Below, piece after piece: positions 25,601-38,990 of a stretch of DNA of 64,000 nucleotides (positions are counted from its first letter, which is position 1; every line of letters starts with the position of its first letter). The notes beneath the pieces were generated by a model that was given only the letters and a program-made list of their open reading frames with translations, was not told the DNA's origin and searched no databases. The translations under genes and the position numbers were made by a program. The stretch spans positions 372,001 through 436,000 of the forward strand of contig CBFDEM010000046.1 of assembly GCA_965603825.1 (NCBI GenBank), in the 5' to 3' direction. This stretch comes from Blepharisma stoltei ATCC 30299. Taxonomy: Eukaryota; Protista; Ciliophora.

Positions 25601-26229
25601 AAGCTATTTTTGTGGAGTCCAATTAATATGAAGAAATATAGGATAAGTTTTCATAATAACTTGATAATAAGTTTTTCATCGCTAATAAAAGAACTTAAAT
25701 CACATTATTTATTGAAATAAGTAATTTATAAGCACGGAAACAAATTTTCTTAAAATTTACAGTGACTTTTATATTTTATAAAAAATTTTAAAAAATTGCT
25801 ATCTCTTATCAAGATGACAGTAGATATTTTAATAGCAGAATAAGGTATTAAAAAAATTCTTTCTATTTTCGAAATAGCATGTACTTACAATTAATCCTTT
25901 CTTATATGTTGCATATTCTGAGCTAAAAATAAAAACATGATATACTAGAAAAAATCGATGAAGAAAAAAAAATAATTTTCTCACAATTTTGTTTCAGTAA
26001 GTTCTTCAAAAAAAGCAATCATAGAGGCAATTGAAAAAAATATATAATCCAGCAGCCGTTCTCAAGGATTCCTCTATTTTAAATAAAATTTAGAAGAAAT
26101 TGTCATTTCAATATATTTTAACGTCTTACTGATAAAGTTAAGATGATTTTATGTATTTATTATCTCTTTTATTATGTCAGTTTATTTACTAGCCTTAGTT
26201 AAAAATAATTAAATATAAAAATAACTTAA

Positions 26230-29200
26230 ATGATTGCAGATACAAAAGAATACCATCTAGGAGACCATCATCTGCTCTCTCAAAAAAAGGCATTAGGTGC
26301 ATTTAAAACATTTAAAAGGTACTTATTTGGGTGTCTGATTGACATTTTTGAGCCTGAATTCAATACAAGCATCTCTTTCAATCAGCAATTAATCCGCGAA
26401 GTGACTACGGCTATTATCATCTTAATTCAATCAGTATCGCTTTTCTGGTACCCAGATATGCCACTTCGTCATTGAAGTTCTTATTCCACATTTTGAAATT
26501 GCCTTAGATTTTTCAATTATGATTATCTGAGTGCAAGACTAAATGTTTACCCTTTTTGCATCTTAGTAGAATTTATTTTGTTTATTTACTCACTTATAAC
26601 TGTGGCGCTATACTGTATTTTTAAGCATTTTAACTACGAAATGCCTAGCTCTTTACTTTATGTTGCAAAAATCATTATCGTTTTTTTAACCTCGATACTG
26701 CTAATTCCATTTTTAACAACCCTCCTTGTTGTCCTCAAGTATTCAACAGGCAAGTATGATTACGTTCACGAGTATGATGATTATGATACTAACAGCTATA
26801 ATTTTGGAGCTCTAGGGAGTACTTTTAGCTTCCTGATTTTAGCTGCTTTTTTGCCCATATCTTTTCTGGTGGAAATTATAAAAGCAGATCTTAGACATTC
26901 GGTGGCTTATAAAAACTTAAAAGCTAGATCTAACTCTGTATGGGATTTGCTCTGCAGATTATGTTTTGTAATTCAATGTTCTCTGTTTGTTTTTTTAGAT
27001 AAAAATCTGCATGAATATCATCTAGTGATAAGCATGACTATGGGGGCATATTTACTGGTACTTGAATTTAGATATTTGCATTATTTCAACCCAATTGAAA
27101 ATTCTATTCAAGCTTGCAAGATGGGATGCATTTCAATATGTTCAGTTGTATTTTTATTTTCATATTTAACTGATAGCGCAACAACACTGACACTGTTATG
27201 CATTTTTTTGCCACCTTTATCCTGCTTTTTTATAACATTTTACATACATAAAAAATATTGGGCATTAAAATTCAATAGAGATGACCCAAAAAATCAATAT
27301 ACCTTGGAGCGCTCGATTAGACATATATTAACAGACAAAAATTGCAAAAATAAAACTGAGATAAATGAGCTGTTGTCAAAACATTTTAACTCGACTATGA
27401 AGAAGAATGCTCTTTATACTATATGAGAAGTCAATTTTTGTATTAATATTGCAAAAGATGAGAGACTTGGGAGAGTCAAATTGACAAAATGCCATTTTCT
27501 TAAACCAAACATTGAAGCTTATGTGCAAAAATTTAGAATTTTTAGGAAATTTGAAAAGAATGAAATATCATTACCAGAAATTGAATATTTAGACCATTTA
27601 CTAAGCCTCGATGAAGCCAAAAAATCAGACGAAGAAATTTGTTCTCTTTTATTAGATTTGTGAGCTGAAATTGTAAGAAAAGACCCTAGCATTAACAAGC
27701 TCAGAAATTTTATTACAAAAATTTATGATCTTTCCAATGAAATTAAGAAGCTATATGGCTCAATTTCACAAGAAATCAAGAATTCTGAGGTATTTGATTT
27801 ATACGGACTATTTTTGATTAATATTCTAGGAGAGATCGAAGAAGGAAATACAATTCTTAAAAGGAAGCTAAATATAAAGAGCGAGTCCTATATGGACTTC
27901 AAAAAACTTGAAAATTATGATGAAAAATTTGGAATTATGCTAATCTCCACAGATATTAATACATTTGGGACTATTGCATATATGAATGAAAAAGCTGCAA
28001 TAATTCTCAAAGTTTCTCCAACTGAAATGATTGGGCATGATTTTAATCAATTTATTCCCAAACCTTATTCTCTAAACCATAATGATTATATGCTCAACTA
28101 TTATAAATCATGTACAAGTACTGTTCTAGAAGAATCTCATGCATCATTTCTTCAAAATCGTAATGGATATCTTTTTGAATGCAATGCCTTGATTAAGCTC
28201 ACAGCATTCAAAAATAAAGCTTATTTCATAATTTCTTTTACTCAATGCACTCAAATGAGACAAATAATTCTCATATCAGAAGAAGGACAAATTTTCAGCC
28301 ATTCTTCGCAACTAATGTCGTTAATTGGACTAGAAAAAACAAACTATAGAAATATGAATATTTCTGATTTAATACCAGGGGTTAGTTTATCAAATTTGCC
28401 GTTATATGAGCCATTTATTATTTATCATAACAATAGAAAACTAGCATTAGTCCATACAGTAAGAAACGCAAAATTGACTCCAGTTCATCTTATTTTAATT
28501 CTAGCTGATTACTCTGAAATAGAAAAGTGAAAAAATCAAAAGTCTGACGAACAGCTGGCATATTTTTTAAAATTACCAAAAATTATTAAAGAATCACCGG
28601 ATAATGAGTATAAAGATGAAATGCTTATGCGCACTAAAACTAAAAAGTTAGCATTTAACATAAACTCTATTGAGAAAACATCATATATCTCAAGCACTTA
28701 TGATGTGCCGAACTCTGAAGTAGCTGACGAGGAAAAATCATACTCAGCTGCTCCTGTAAGTTCAGCCTACTCTCAATCAATATCGTGCGATCGTATTTTT
28801 TATTTAGGATCTGCATCAAAATATATAGTAAACACTGGAAATGCCATTAAAAAATTTCAATGGGTATTATTTGTAGCAGTATTTTTTAAATAGATCATAG
28901 CTATGATTGGAACCAATATTGGGATATTGATATACATTATAAAAGAGGTAAGACATGCAAATTCGTTGGAAACTTTTAATCGTCTTGGTCAAATTATGTT
29001 TTATATCGGCTCAACTGCAAATATTGTTAGATCGATCGATATAGAAATCAGCCAAGGGATATATAATCTTACAAGGGATTCCGAATATTATAGTAAAAAT
29101 ATAGCTGTACTCTCAAGTTTACAGCAAAGCGTATTAGATGATAAATCGCAATGGAGTTACTGCCCAAGCTCGAAAATAGTTGAAGAAAATCTTATTCCTA

Positions 29201-30480
29201 TTTGGGAATTCGATATGGGAGAACCATATCTGAAAAAGCACAACCTTTATGATACTATTGCACTATTTATTAAGCATGTAAACAATATTTAGGGTCAATC
29301 TCTATTGAAATACTCTAAAACAAAAGAAGAAAGCTATATTTATGAGTCAAAATGGCTTATAATTAATAGCATCAGTTATTCTTTTGACTTAGTAAACTCT
29401 GCATTGTCTGGCCTTGTTGAGTGTGAGAAAAATAGAATTTATGATTCAAGCCTAAGTATTGCTCTTTTGCAATGAACTGGTGTTACCATTATTTGCCTTT
29501 GCTTAGCGGTACTTGTATATTTCATAATTGAGTTAAAAATTGCTTATGAAAACTTTTGGAAATTTATCAAAAAATCTGTTAACTTAAGTTATTTTGCTCT
29601 TAGACAAGTCGCTTTTGATAGGCTTATTTCGATCCATGGGGCAGATTTGAACCAAGAAAATGAGACTCCTCTCAAGTATTCTAAATCAAGCAGCGATCAT
29701 ATAAAAACAACACTCACATGAAAATTCAGTTGGAGACTAAGCTTTTTTGGAATCCTTTCTTTTTCCTTTTATTTATTGATAATGTTTTATCTTTATGAAG
29801 ACTGCAGAACATATATGATAAACAGGCCTAAACTATTACAAAATTTCAACCTTAGGAGGACATTGCTAGCAAGAATAGGATATTTCACAAGGGATATCAA
29901 TTTGCCAACAAACAAAAATCTATATCAGCAATCTTATAGTCTTTCTGACCCTTCCATTGAGTTTGAAAAATCGATTTTGTGGTATAGAGAAGAATATAGC
30001 AGTCTACGCTCTAAAGAGCTACATGACTTATTATCAATTTCTGTAAGGCAGCGAATTTTTGAAGAAACTGTTGCCTCATTTGATTTTATGAAATATGGGA
30101 CAGGAGCTGCTAGCTATTCAGTTATTTTTGATGCCTTTTATTTTGGAGTAAACGAATACCGTTCGCCTACAGAAAAGGATTATTTTATTACCAGTTTCAC
30201 TACGCTGCAAGACTCTATGTCTAAGAGTTTTGATATGATAGATTCAAGTTCAAAAGAAGCGATTTCTTTGCAGCTGAGCATCATTATTGATATCACTATT
30301 GCATTTTCAGTTGGACTTATTTTAATTTACTTGCTTTATTACTTACCTTTTGTGAAAGCTCAAACAATATATTTAGAAAAGGCGAGAATTCTGCCAAAAA
30401 TGATTCCTGAGGTAGGAAATGAAAAACTATCAGAAATTCAGTCATTAGCAAGCTTGATTAGTGTAAATGATAGAAATTAA
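26230..30480 (+). CDS. P4: PAS membrane family protein, ~1401 aa; introns 28793..28807, 28879..28893, 29278..29292
   Basis: All ORF pieces are in one frame with TGA=Trp; three 15-nt GTA..TAG introns. Confidence 0.88.
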
Positions 30481-30927
30481 TCATCTTTTAATAAATATTT
30501 TTGATCAGTTTGATGAATTTGTTGTGAGCCAAGCATTTAATAAGCATTTTATATATTTAATTATTAAGTTTAAATTAATTTTTGTTTACTAAAATCTTTG
30601 AATATAAATTTTATTAAGAGTAAAGCCATCAGAAATGCCTATCCTGGAGATTTAACCTTTTGCTATGAGTAAAATTAATTTTCAGTATAAATTTTCTGGT
30701 AAAAATAATTTGCCAGATTTATAATTTGAAACATATACAAATTCATACAATATTTTTCAAGAAGCCACATTATATTAACATCTTCAAAGCATTGAATGGT
30801 GATTAAACAACAGGAATATCATTTAAAGATTAAAGTATGGAGCGAGATAAGTTTAATTGGAAAGCTAATAATATTTTAGAACCTAAGAATAGGTATATTA
30901 TAATTACTTTATTTTTACAAAAGAAGA

Positions 30928-30983
30928 TATAGAAATTGCCCGAGGATGGCGCTATTTTGCGGCATCCTCGGGCAATTTCTATA
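30928..30983. repeat. 56-bp palindrome (25-bp arms, 1 mismatch, 6-nt loop) bounded by TATA
   Basis: TATAGAAATTGCCCGAGGATGGCGC-TATTTT-GCGGCATCCTCGGGCAATTTCTATA. Confidence 0.95.
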
Positions 30984-31381
30984 CCTAAAATAATAGTTGA
31001 GCCGACTTCTTATTGACTTTTATATTTTTGTAACTTATGAAATCAAAGGGCAAGAAAATTTAAGGGTTATATCTAAATCATTTTGTTATAATCCGGAGAT
31101 TCATAGTGCCTAACTATTTTAATCTAGAAATACAAAATAAAAAAATAAATAGGCTTGAAATTGGAATTATTTCTACCCAGTTCCTATATCATTAATTTAA
31201 AAACTCCTTACTGATGCTTAAAAATGAAATATAAAGCTATCTGTGTTTTGGATTATCACCACAAAGAATTTTCAGCCTAACTTAATTCTTATACACAAAA
31301 TAAATTGTTAATGCTTCTTTACTAATGCTGTCTAATTTTCTCTTGCGATTAAACATTTAATAATCAGATAAAAATATTCAG

Positions 31382-34300
31382 ATGAATATCAATGATGACC
31401 CAAATTCTCACCATCTAATTTCTAGCAAAGAATCATCCAGCAACTTTAAAAATCTATTGAAATTTATATTAGAGTGCCTTTTAGAGCTCTTTGAGCCTGA
31501 ATTTTCAACTAAATCTCAAACTAAGTGCCAGATAATAATTGAAGTTATTACAAACTTAATATCAATGATTCAATTAGTATCAATTTGTTGATATCCTGAT
31601 ATGCCAATCAGCGAATGAAATTCATATTCATGGCTTTGGAATTCCTTATGAATTTTTAATTATGACAATTTATGTGAAGGATTTAGCATATTTATTTACT
31701 GTTATATCATTGAATTTTCCTTAGTTATTTATGCTTTTTTTACTGTGATTTTATGCATTTTTCTTAAATATTTTGGCTATAAACTGCCATTAATTTTTAT
31801 TCATACTGTCAAACAACTATTATTTTATTTTACATCATTGCTATTTATTCCATTTTTGATTATTTTACTTCTAGTTTTCAAATATTCAGCCTTTAAAAAT
31901 ACACAAGTACAGGAGTATTATGATAATGATTTGTCTAAATTTGATTATGGAATTTTTGGGTCAGTCTTAAGCCCATTCATTTTTTCCGTTTTTATTGCAA
32001 TGGTCTTTACCAATGAACTCCTAACTGCGGATCTAAGACATTCAATCTCGGATAAAAATATAAGAGCAAGATCTAACTCTTTATGAGACTTAATATGAAT
32101 ATCATTTTGTATCGTGCAAAGCCTTCTGTATGTTTTTATGGATCAAAGCTATTTAATTTATTATTTAATTATACTCTCAGTTATGGGCTTATATTTATTT
32201 TGATGTGGAATAAGATTTCTGCATTATTATAACTCAATAGAAATGTCTATTAAAATGTGTAAAGTTGGTTCAGTTTGCATAATCCAATTATTTTTTATAC
32301 TTGGCTATGCAATTGATGATGCTGAAACTCTTACAATCCTTAGTATTTTTGTAACACCTTGATTTTCTGCATATATCATTTATTTTATTCACAAAAAGAA
32401 TTCAGGCCTCAAAAATAGAGCATGCAATAAATTAAATCAATTTACACTCGAGCATACATTAAGACATTTTTTAATCAACAAGAGCTATGACAATAAAGAG
32501 GAAATAGTTAGAATATTTTGCAAATATTCTAATAAGAAATGCTTTATTAGTGATTATCTTTTAGTAATATGAGAAGTTAACTTCATCAGTTATACAATCA
32601 AAGATGAAAGATTAGCAAGAGTAAAATTAGCCAAAATCACAAGTTTCCCATCTAGCTTTGAAGGAATCATCCAGAAGCAAAGAGTTCTTAAAAATTTTCA
32701 AGACAAAAAATCTCAACAATTACCAGAAATTGACTATTTAGAATATTTAACTGGACTTGACAAAGCAAAAAGACTTGATGAGGAATTATGCATTATTTTG
32801 ATGGATTTATGAGCTGAAATTGCTGGGAAAAATTCAAAAATTATAAAGATACGTAATTTTTCTGATAGAGTTGCTGATCTCTCTGATAAATTAAAATCAC
32901 TATATAGTAGTCTTGCAAATAAGAACAAATATCCTGAAGTATTTGATTTATACGGGATGCTTTTAATAAATATTCTTGGGGAACCTTATGAAGGAAATAT
33001 CATGATTCAAAGGAAATATGGCATTAAAAAAATTAGATCGATTTTAAGGGATCATAGCAAGTCGGTGGATTATGGTGAAAATGTTGGTTTTATATTGATA
33101 TCAACCCATGCTGACTCTTTTGGAGCTGTTGCTTATATGAATGAAAAAGCTGCAGCGATATTGAAAGTTTCATCTGTTGAGATAATAGATCAGACTTTAA
33201 TGTTTTTGTCCCAAAACCCTTTTCATTAACTCATAATGACAGAATGAGAGAATATTATTATAATTGTGACAAAGCTATAATTGATAAGTCTCGATTTTTG
33301 CCACTTCTAGATCATAATGGATTTATAATTGAATGCAATCTTTCAATTAAACTTACAGCTTTTAGCAATGAGGCTTATTATATGGTATCTTTCTCTAAGC
33401 ATAAAACCTCCCGGCAATTAATCCTTTTATCAGAGGATGGGTTTGTTTATAGCCACACTTCACAACTATCAACCTTAATTGAATCTGAAAATGCATGCTT
33501 GCATAATATGATGATATCTGAATTATTCTTAGGAATTGATTTTAATAATTTTCGGCTATTTGAGCCAGTTATAATTCAGCTTAAAAATAAAAAGCTCGCT
33601 TTAGTTCGCATTGTAAAAGCACTAAAGGCAACCAAAATCCATACAATTTTAGTAATAAGTGATCGTAATGAGATAGAAAAGTGGTTAAAAAAAGAATCCG
33701 AAGAGCAAATTGAATATTTCAACGCGGTTAAGCTAGCAACTGATATGATTTTAGATTGCGAAAGAGACGATAATGAGATTATATAAGTGGCCAAATAAAC
33801 TCCATGTTACATTCTGTAGAGGACGCTGCTATGATTAACGCTAACAATGAAAAAAGCAATGATGAAAATCCTATTTCTCAAACCCCCGCAAGCAGTGTTT
33901 CTCAAAGTTCTACCTTTGATCGTAAATTTTAAATAGAAATAGCACTTAGATTCATAAATAGCACTAATGCTGCTATAGTCAAATTCAAATGAGTTTTGCT
34001 AATTGCTGTAATTTTAATATAGGTCATTGCTATGATAGGAGCAAATATAGGAATTTTGATATATATTGTTGATGATGTTACTCACACAGACTCTTTAGAA
34101 ACATTTAACCACCTTGGACAAATCATGTTTTATATTGGCTCGGTTGCAGATCTTTCTAGATCAATTGACATAGAACTATCTAGCGGAAAGTATAACCTAA
34201 CAAGAGATTTAGAGTATCTAGAAAATGATATAAAAGCTCTTAATGCTTTGCAAAACACTATATTAGATGACAAGTCAATGTGGAACTATTGCCCGAGCTC

Positions 34301-35549
34301 AGAAATTGTACTAAAAAATATTATCCCTATATGAGAATTCAACAAAAACATTGCAACTCTAAAAAAGTATAATTTGTATGATGTTGTTTCTAAATTTATA
34401 GAAAATGTAATTTTTACACAGGAGCAAGGCTTATTAAAAGATGCTAGAAGCAAAAATATGGAATATATCGATCATATAAGATGACTTATGATTAATAGCT
34501 TAAGCTTCTCGTATCACTACATAGAAAAAGCTTTATTAGATTTAGTTTATTGTGAAAAAAATAGAGTCGAAGAAACTGGAATAAAGATAAATGTCCTTTT
34601 GCTTCTTGGAATAATTATCCTTGGAATTTGTTTAGGCGTGCTAATATTTTTTATAGTTTCATTTAGAGTTGCATATGAAAAATTTTGAAGTTTTATTAAG
34701 AAATCTGTCGTCTCCAATTATATTTTAATAAAGCAGGCTGCTTTAGATCGCCTTGTATCAGTCCATGGAATTGATGTAGGCCAAGACAATAATTTTTTAC
34801 AGAAACCAACAAATTCCAAAAATTTCCATATAAAAACAACGCTTGCTTGAAAATTCAGCTGAAGACTGAGCTTTTTTGCCATTGTTTCATTATCTTTCTA
34901 TTTGCTGACCATGCTTTACCTGTATAAAACCTGTAAATTTTATATGATACATCGCCCAAAGCTCCTCCAAAATATTAATGTCCGCAGATCTCTATTATCA
35001 AGAATTGGGTTTTATGCAAGAGATATGAACTTCGCAGTTAATAAAAGATACTTTCCAAACTCCTATAGTTTTGCTAACTCAAGCCTAGAATTTTACAACC
35101 TAGTTAATCGATATATCTCTGAAAGCAATCAATTACGCTCGCATGATTTGTCAGTATTGCTTTCCCATAAATTAAAAGTAAATTTCTATGAATCAACGAA
35201 TTATTCAGCTGATTTTTTGGACTTTGGAACAAAAACGGCCATAAATATTTTCATGTTTGATGCTTACAATATTGGCGGGCCTGGCGGGATTCGTCCTGAT
35301 AAAGAAATATCAGACTTTATAGCAAATTTCACGGTTTTGCAAGATGCTTTGGCTGACGTATTTTATATGGCAGATTCAAGCTCTAAACAGGTTATTTCTG
35401 AGCAGTTAAATTTGATGATATGAATCACTATTATTTTCTCTGCTGGTTTGGCCCTATTATATTTATTTTATTATTTACCATTTATCAAAACTCAAAATGA
35501 TTTTTTGAGAAAAATAACAATTTTACCAAAAATGATTTATCGGAAGTAA
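31382..35549 (+). pseudogene. P5: full-length PAS family copy with two -1 frameshifts (~33190, ~33775); introns 33922..33936, 34008..34022, 34407..34421
   Basis: The frame changes twice relative to paralogues (EIIDQ where paralogues have EIIGxDF). Otherwise open to TAA at 35547-35549. It could be a recent pseudogene or consensus indel errors. Confidence 0.75.
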
Positions 35550-35978
35550 TGATAAACTTTAAAAAACTAATTTTCTGTTTGCAGACTAGATCTAATAGAG
35601 CCTTAATATTTGCTTTTATATAAACTTCTAATTTATTTTAGAATTAATTTTTCTTAGCAACCAAAATTAAAGATAGGATTTTACTATGAAAAGAGAATAT
35701 ATTTAACAAAATTCTGTCTATTACAAAAGCATGAAAAAAGTTACCGAATTTTTAGACTTCAAAAACGCTTATTTTGTGATCAAGTTTCTTTGTTTGAATA
35801 ATTCAATAGCATAATTTTGGCTATGTTGTAAAGATACCCTTCATAACAATAGAGTAAACCAATTTTATATAAAGTGATTTTAATTTATTTTATGATATTA
35901 GTTTAACAAATTAATAGATTCAGTGGTGTTAAAGCTGCTTAAATAACATTCTTTTGCGCTTTTTTCTATTAAATTAGA

Positions 35979-35996
35979 TAATAATAATAATAATAA
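35979..35996 (+). repeat. (TAA)6 microsatellite forming the 3' tail of LINE B
   Basis: taataataataataataa lies 2 nt beyond the element stop codon. Confidence 0.9.
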
Positions 35997-37695
35997 TTTT
36001 ACGTTTTATCACGCCCAAGGCGTCTTAATTTTTTGCTTTTCGTAATTATCTTGATAAATTCCTTAGCATGAGCATCAATTTCGTCAACCTGATTCCTTGT
36101 CAATTCCAGCTTGTTCTTTTTTTCTTCATATCTTCAAGAATCCAGCACAACATCCATCAAATTCAAATCTTCATCACTATCTATGTATGTCTTCAAATTC
36201 ATTAGTAATTTCGTTCTTTCGTTATTAAACCTTGGACAATCTTCTATTAAATGTTTTTCATCCTGTATTTGTCAGTCGCAATGTTCACATATCGCATTTT
36301 TCGTCTGATGCCTTATAAATTGGCACAAGTTCGTGCAGTTAAAACCTGCTCTTAACCTGAAAATTTCCCTTGCGCCGTTCACATCTTTAGGATTTAGCTT
36401 TGTGTATTCAGCCATTTTTCAGGTAACAGCATTCATATCGCAAAATAGTGTCGTGGTTTTTCAGGTTTCTTCTCGCATCCTTTGAATGCACCATTCCCTG
36501 TCCGCTTTTCATATGGCCATGTGCATTTTTCTTCGCCACCGCTTCAGATTTTCCTCTCCTAGCAACATGCAATCATCCAGCCCGTATTTGTCCAATAAGT
36601 CTCTACATCTTTTTTCTCAACCCAGTTTCTCCTCATAATTGATTTTTACTAAATTTTTGAGTATGCTCCCTTCTTTTGCATTTGATACTTTCGCCCTGAA
36701 TAATAAAGCTCTTTTATCCAGCAAGGCTCTTACAGACATCATCCCTAAGTCTATTAGATGAGTTTCATTTGCTGTGGCTTGTGGTGAATTTAGGATAACT
36801 CTTAACCCTCTACGTTGTATCTTCTCCATCTCAGCGATTATCCTTTCAGTGATTTCCTCTCTAGAGGCTGCTTCTGTTGCGTACAGAGCTACAGAGTTTA
36901 TGCATGCTTGCACCATCTGTCTCTTTGTACTTATTGTTATGCTTTTCATCGCATTTAGGATACCAAGGAACGCTCCAGATGCTACTCTCATAGACCGAAG
37001 CCTGTTTTCGAAGTGTTTTATGTCCTTTACCCTCTTTCCCAATATAAATCCTAGGTACCTGAAGTTATTTGAGACCTTTAGGATGTTTCCATTAATTCTG
37101 ACCGAGCCTTTGCATGCTTCATTAAAGCACATGACCTCAGATTTGTCCTCATTTATTGTTAATTTAAATTCCCTTGCCCATTCCTCAACCTCATGACATA
37201 GTTTCTGCAGGTTTACTTTTGATTCGGATATAAGAACTATATCATCTGCATATAACAGCAGACCAATATTTACATCAGGGCCTAGTTGAACTCCATAATT
37301 TTTCTGCTTTAATCTGATGGCTAATTCGTTCGGTATAAAGTTAAAGGCAAGTGGTGAGACACATCCTCCTTGTCTGACCCCCTTCTGTATGTGGATTCAT
37401 TTCTGAGGCTGATCATTCATAATTATTGAACTCCACTCATCTTTCATCATGGCACTGATCATGTTTATGGTTTTTCCTTCCACTCCTCTTTTCATCATTG
37501 TTTGCAACAGCAGTCTCCTGGGTACTGAGTCAAATGCTTTTCTCAGATCAAGGAACGCACATCATGTTGGCTTATTATTCGCAGTCCTGCAGTCGATTAT
37601 GGTGTCCAGAGTAAAAATTTGATCAGTCGTGCTCTTGTGAGCCATGAAACCTCCCTGCACTTCATCTATTATGTGCGCACCCTCTACTGAACTGA
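35979..37695 (-). mobile_element. 5'-truncated non-LTR retrotransposon (LINE family B): RT plus C-terminal CCHC knuckle and microsatellite tail
   Basis: One open frame (TGA=Trp) from ~37690 to TAA at 35999-36001: QGGF..STTDQIF, FLDLRKAFDSV, GVRQGGCVSP, LLYADD, FRYLG, FRLRAG, CEHC-x8-H-x4-C. It is followed almost immediately by (TTA)6. Confidence 0.95.
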
Positions 37696-38077
37696 CACAT
37701 CGAAGTACTTTTGAGAAATATGGAATAATTGTACATCGGTTTTTTTGAGTAATTTTAATAAGCAATATAACTTTTGGATTAATTATGACTTCCTAAAATC
37801 ATTTTTTTTATATTTATTCTTTATCCAAATTATACAAGATGCAACAACTTGAGTTCTTGAGCTTAAAGTAATGCTTGGTGCTACTAATTTCTGATAGAAT
37901 TCCAAATATTAATTTAAAGCACCTTGTTGGTGAAAAAAATGAAATTAAAAATGCTTTTTTTAGCATTATTAAATAAAATCAAAAATTCATAGTTTGCTTA
38001 ACTATTATAAAATAATCAGCTTTCACCGCAATAATTCATTTGCATTTAATCATTTTAACGCTAATAAAAAAACTTAG

Positions 38078-38990
38078 ATGAGAGTCATTGAAGATGAGCC
38101 AATTTCTAGTCAGCAGAAACTTTCCAAAGCTTCCAAAGAGGTATGAAAATTCTTACTGGACTGCTTGCTCGATTTCATTAGACCTTACATTCCCTATCTA
38201 GTCTCGTATAAGAGCCAAATAATAAGAGAGCTTACTAAAAGCCTAATTGTTGCTGCTCAAGTTGCATCAATATTATAATTCCCCAGTATGCGGATTTGCA
38301 ATTGAGACTCATACTTATGGTTTTGGAATTCCTTATAAATTTTCAACTATGATAATCAAAGAATTTGGCGCATACATTTTCTGCTACATCGCCCAATTAT
38401 CTTTGATTATTTATACTTTTTTGGTTTGATTTTATGCTTTATTTTTAAATATATTGGTTGGATGATTCCAATAATCATTATTTATACCGCAAAACATATA
38501 GTAATTTTTTAATTCGATATCACTTTCTCAATTTTTGCTTATTTCACTTGCTGTTTTTAAATATTCGATATTTTGAAGCACTCAAATTAAAAAATTATGG
38601 CAACAATAATCGAAGTTTGATTATGGATGCTTCGGTAAGTACTGAGCCCACTTCTTTTATTTATCATTATTATAATGTATCTGACCAAAGAGTTAAAGAT
38701 TGCTGACTTATGGCATTCAGATTATTGCAGCAATATCAGAGCGAGGTCAAACTCTATATGGGATTTATCGTGAATATTCTTTCATCATTGAATGCTCACT
38801 ATATGCATTTATGGATCAGAGCTTGCTGCTTTATTGTTGAGTTATAAATTTGCGGAATGAGATATCTGCACTATTATTCCTTAATAGAAATATTTATCAA
38901 AATAGGAAAAATGGGTCAATTTGCATTATTCAAATATGTTTTAATTGGCTATGCAATTGATGATGATGAAACTCCCAGACTCCTTAGCAA
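38078..38990 (+). pseudogene. P6: decayed N-terminal fragment of the PAS family (P5-like)
   Basis: MRVIEDE..WKFLLDCLLDF, NIRARSNSIWDLSW and GYAIDDDET remain recognisable across many frameshifts. Confidence 0.82.

Noticed and set aside
30928-30983. Rho-independent terminator or CRISPR repeat
   Set aside because: Eukaryotic context, single occurrence, no spacers and no U-tract after a gene.
35979-37695. Diversity-generating retroelement or retron acting on the neighbouring paralogues
   Set aside because: The RT has non-LTR motifs, a CCHC knuckle and a repeat tail, and is 5'-truncated. I saw no template/variable repeat pair with adenine-specific differences.
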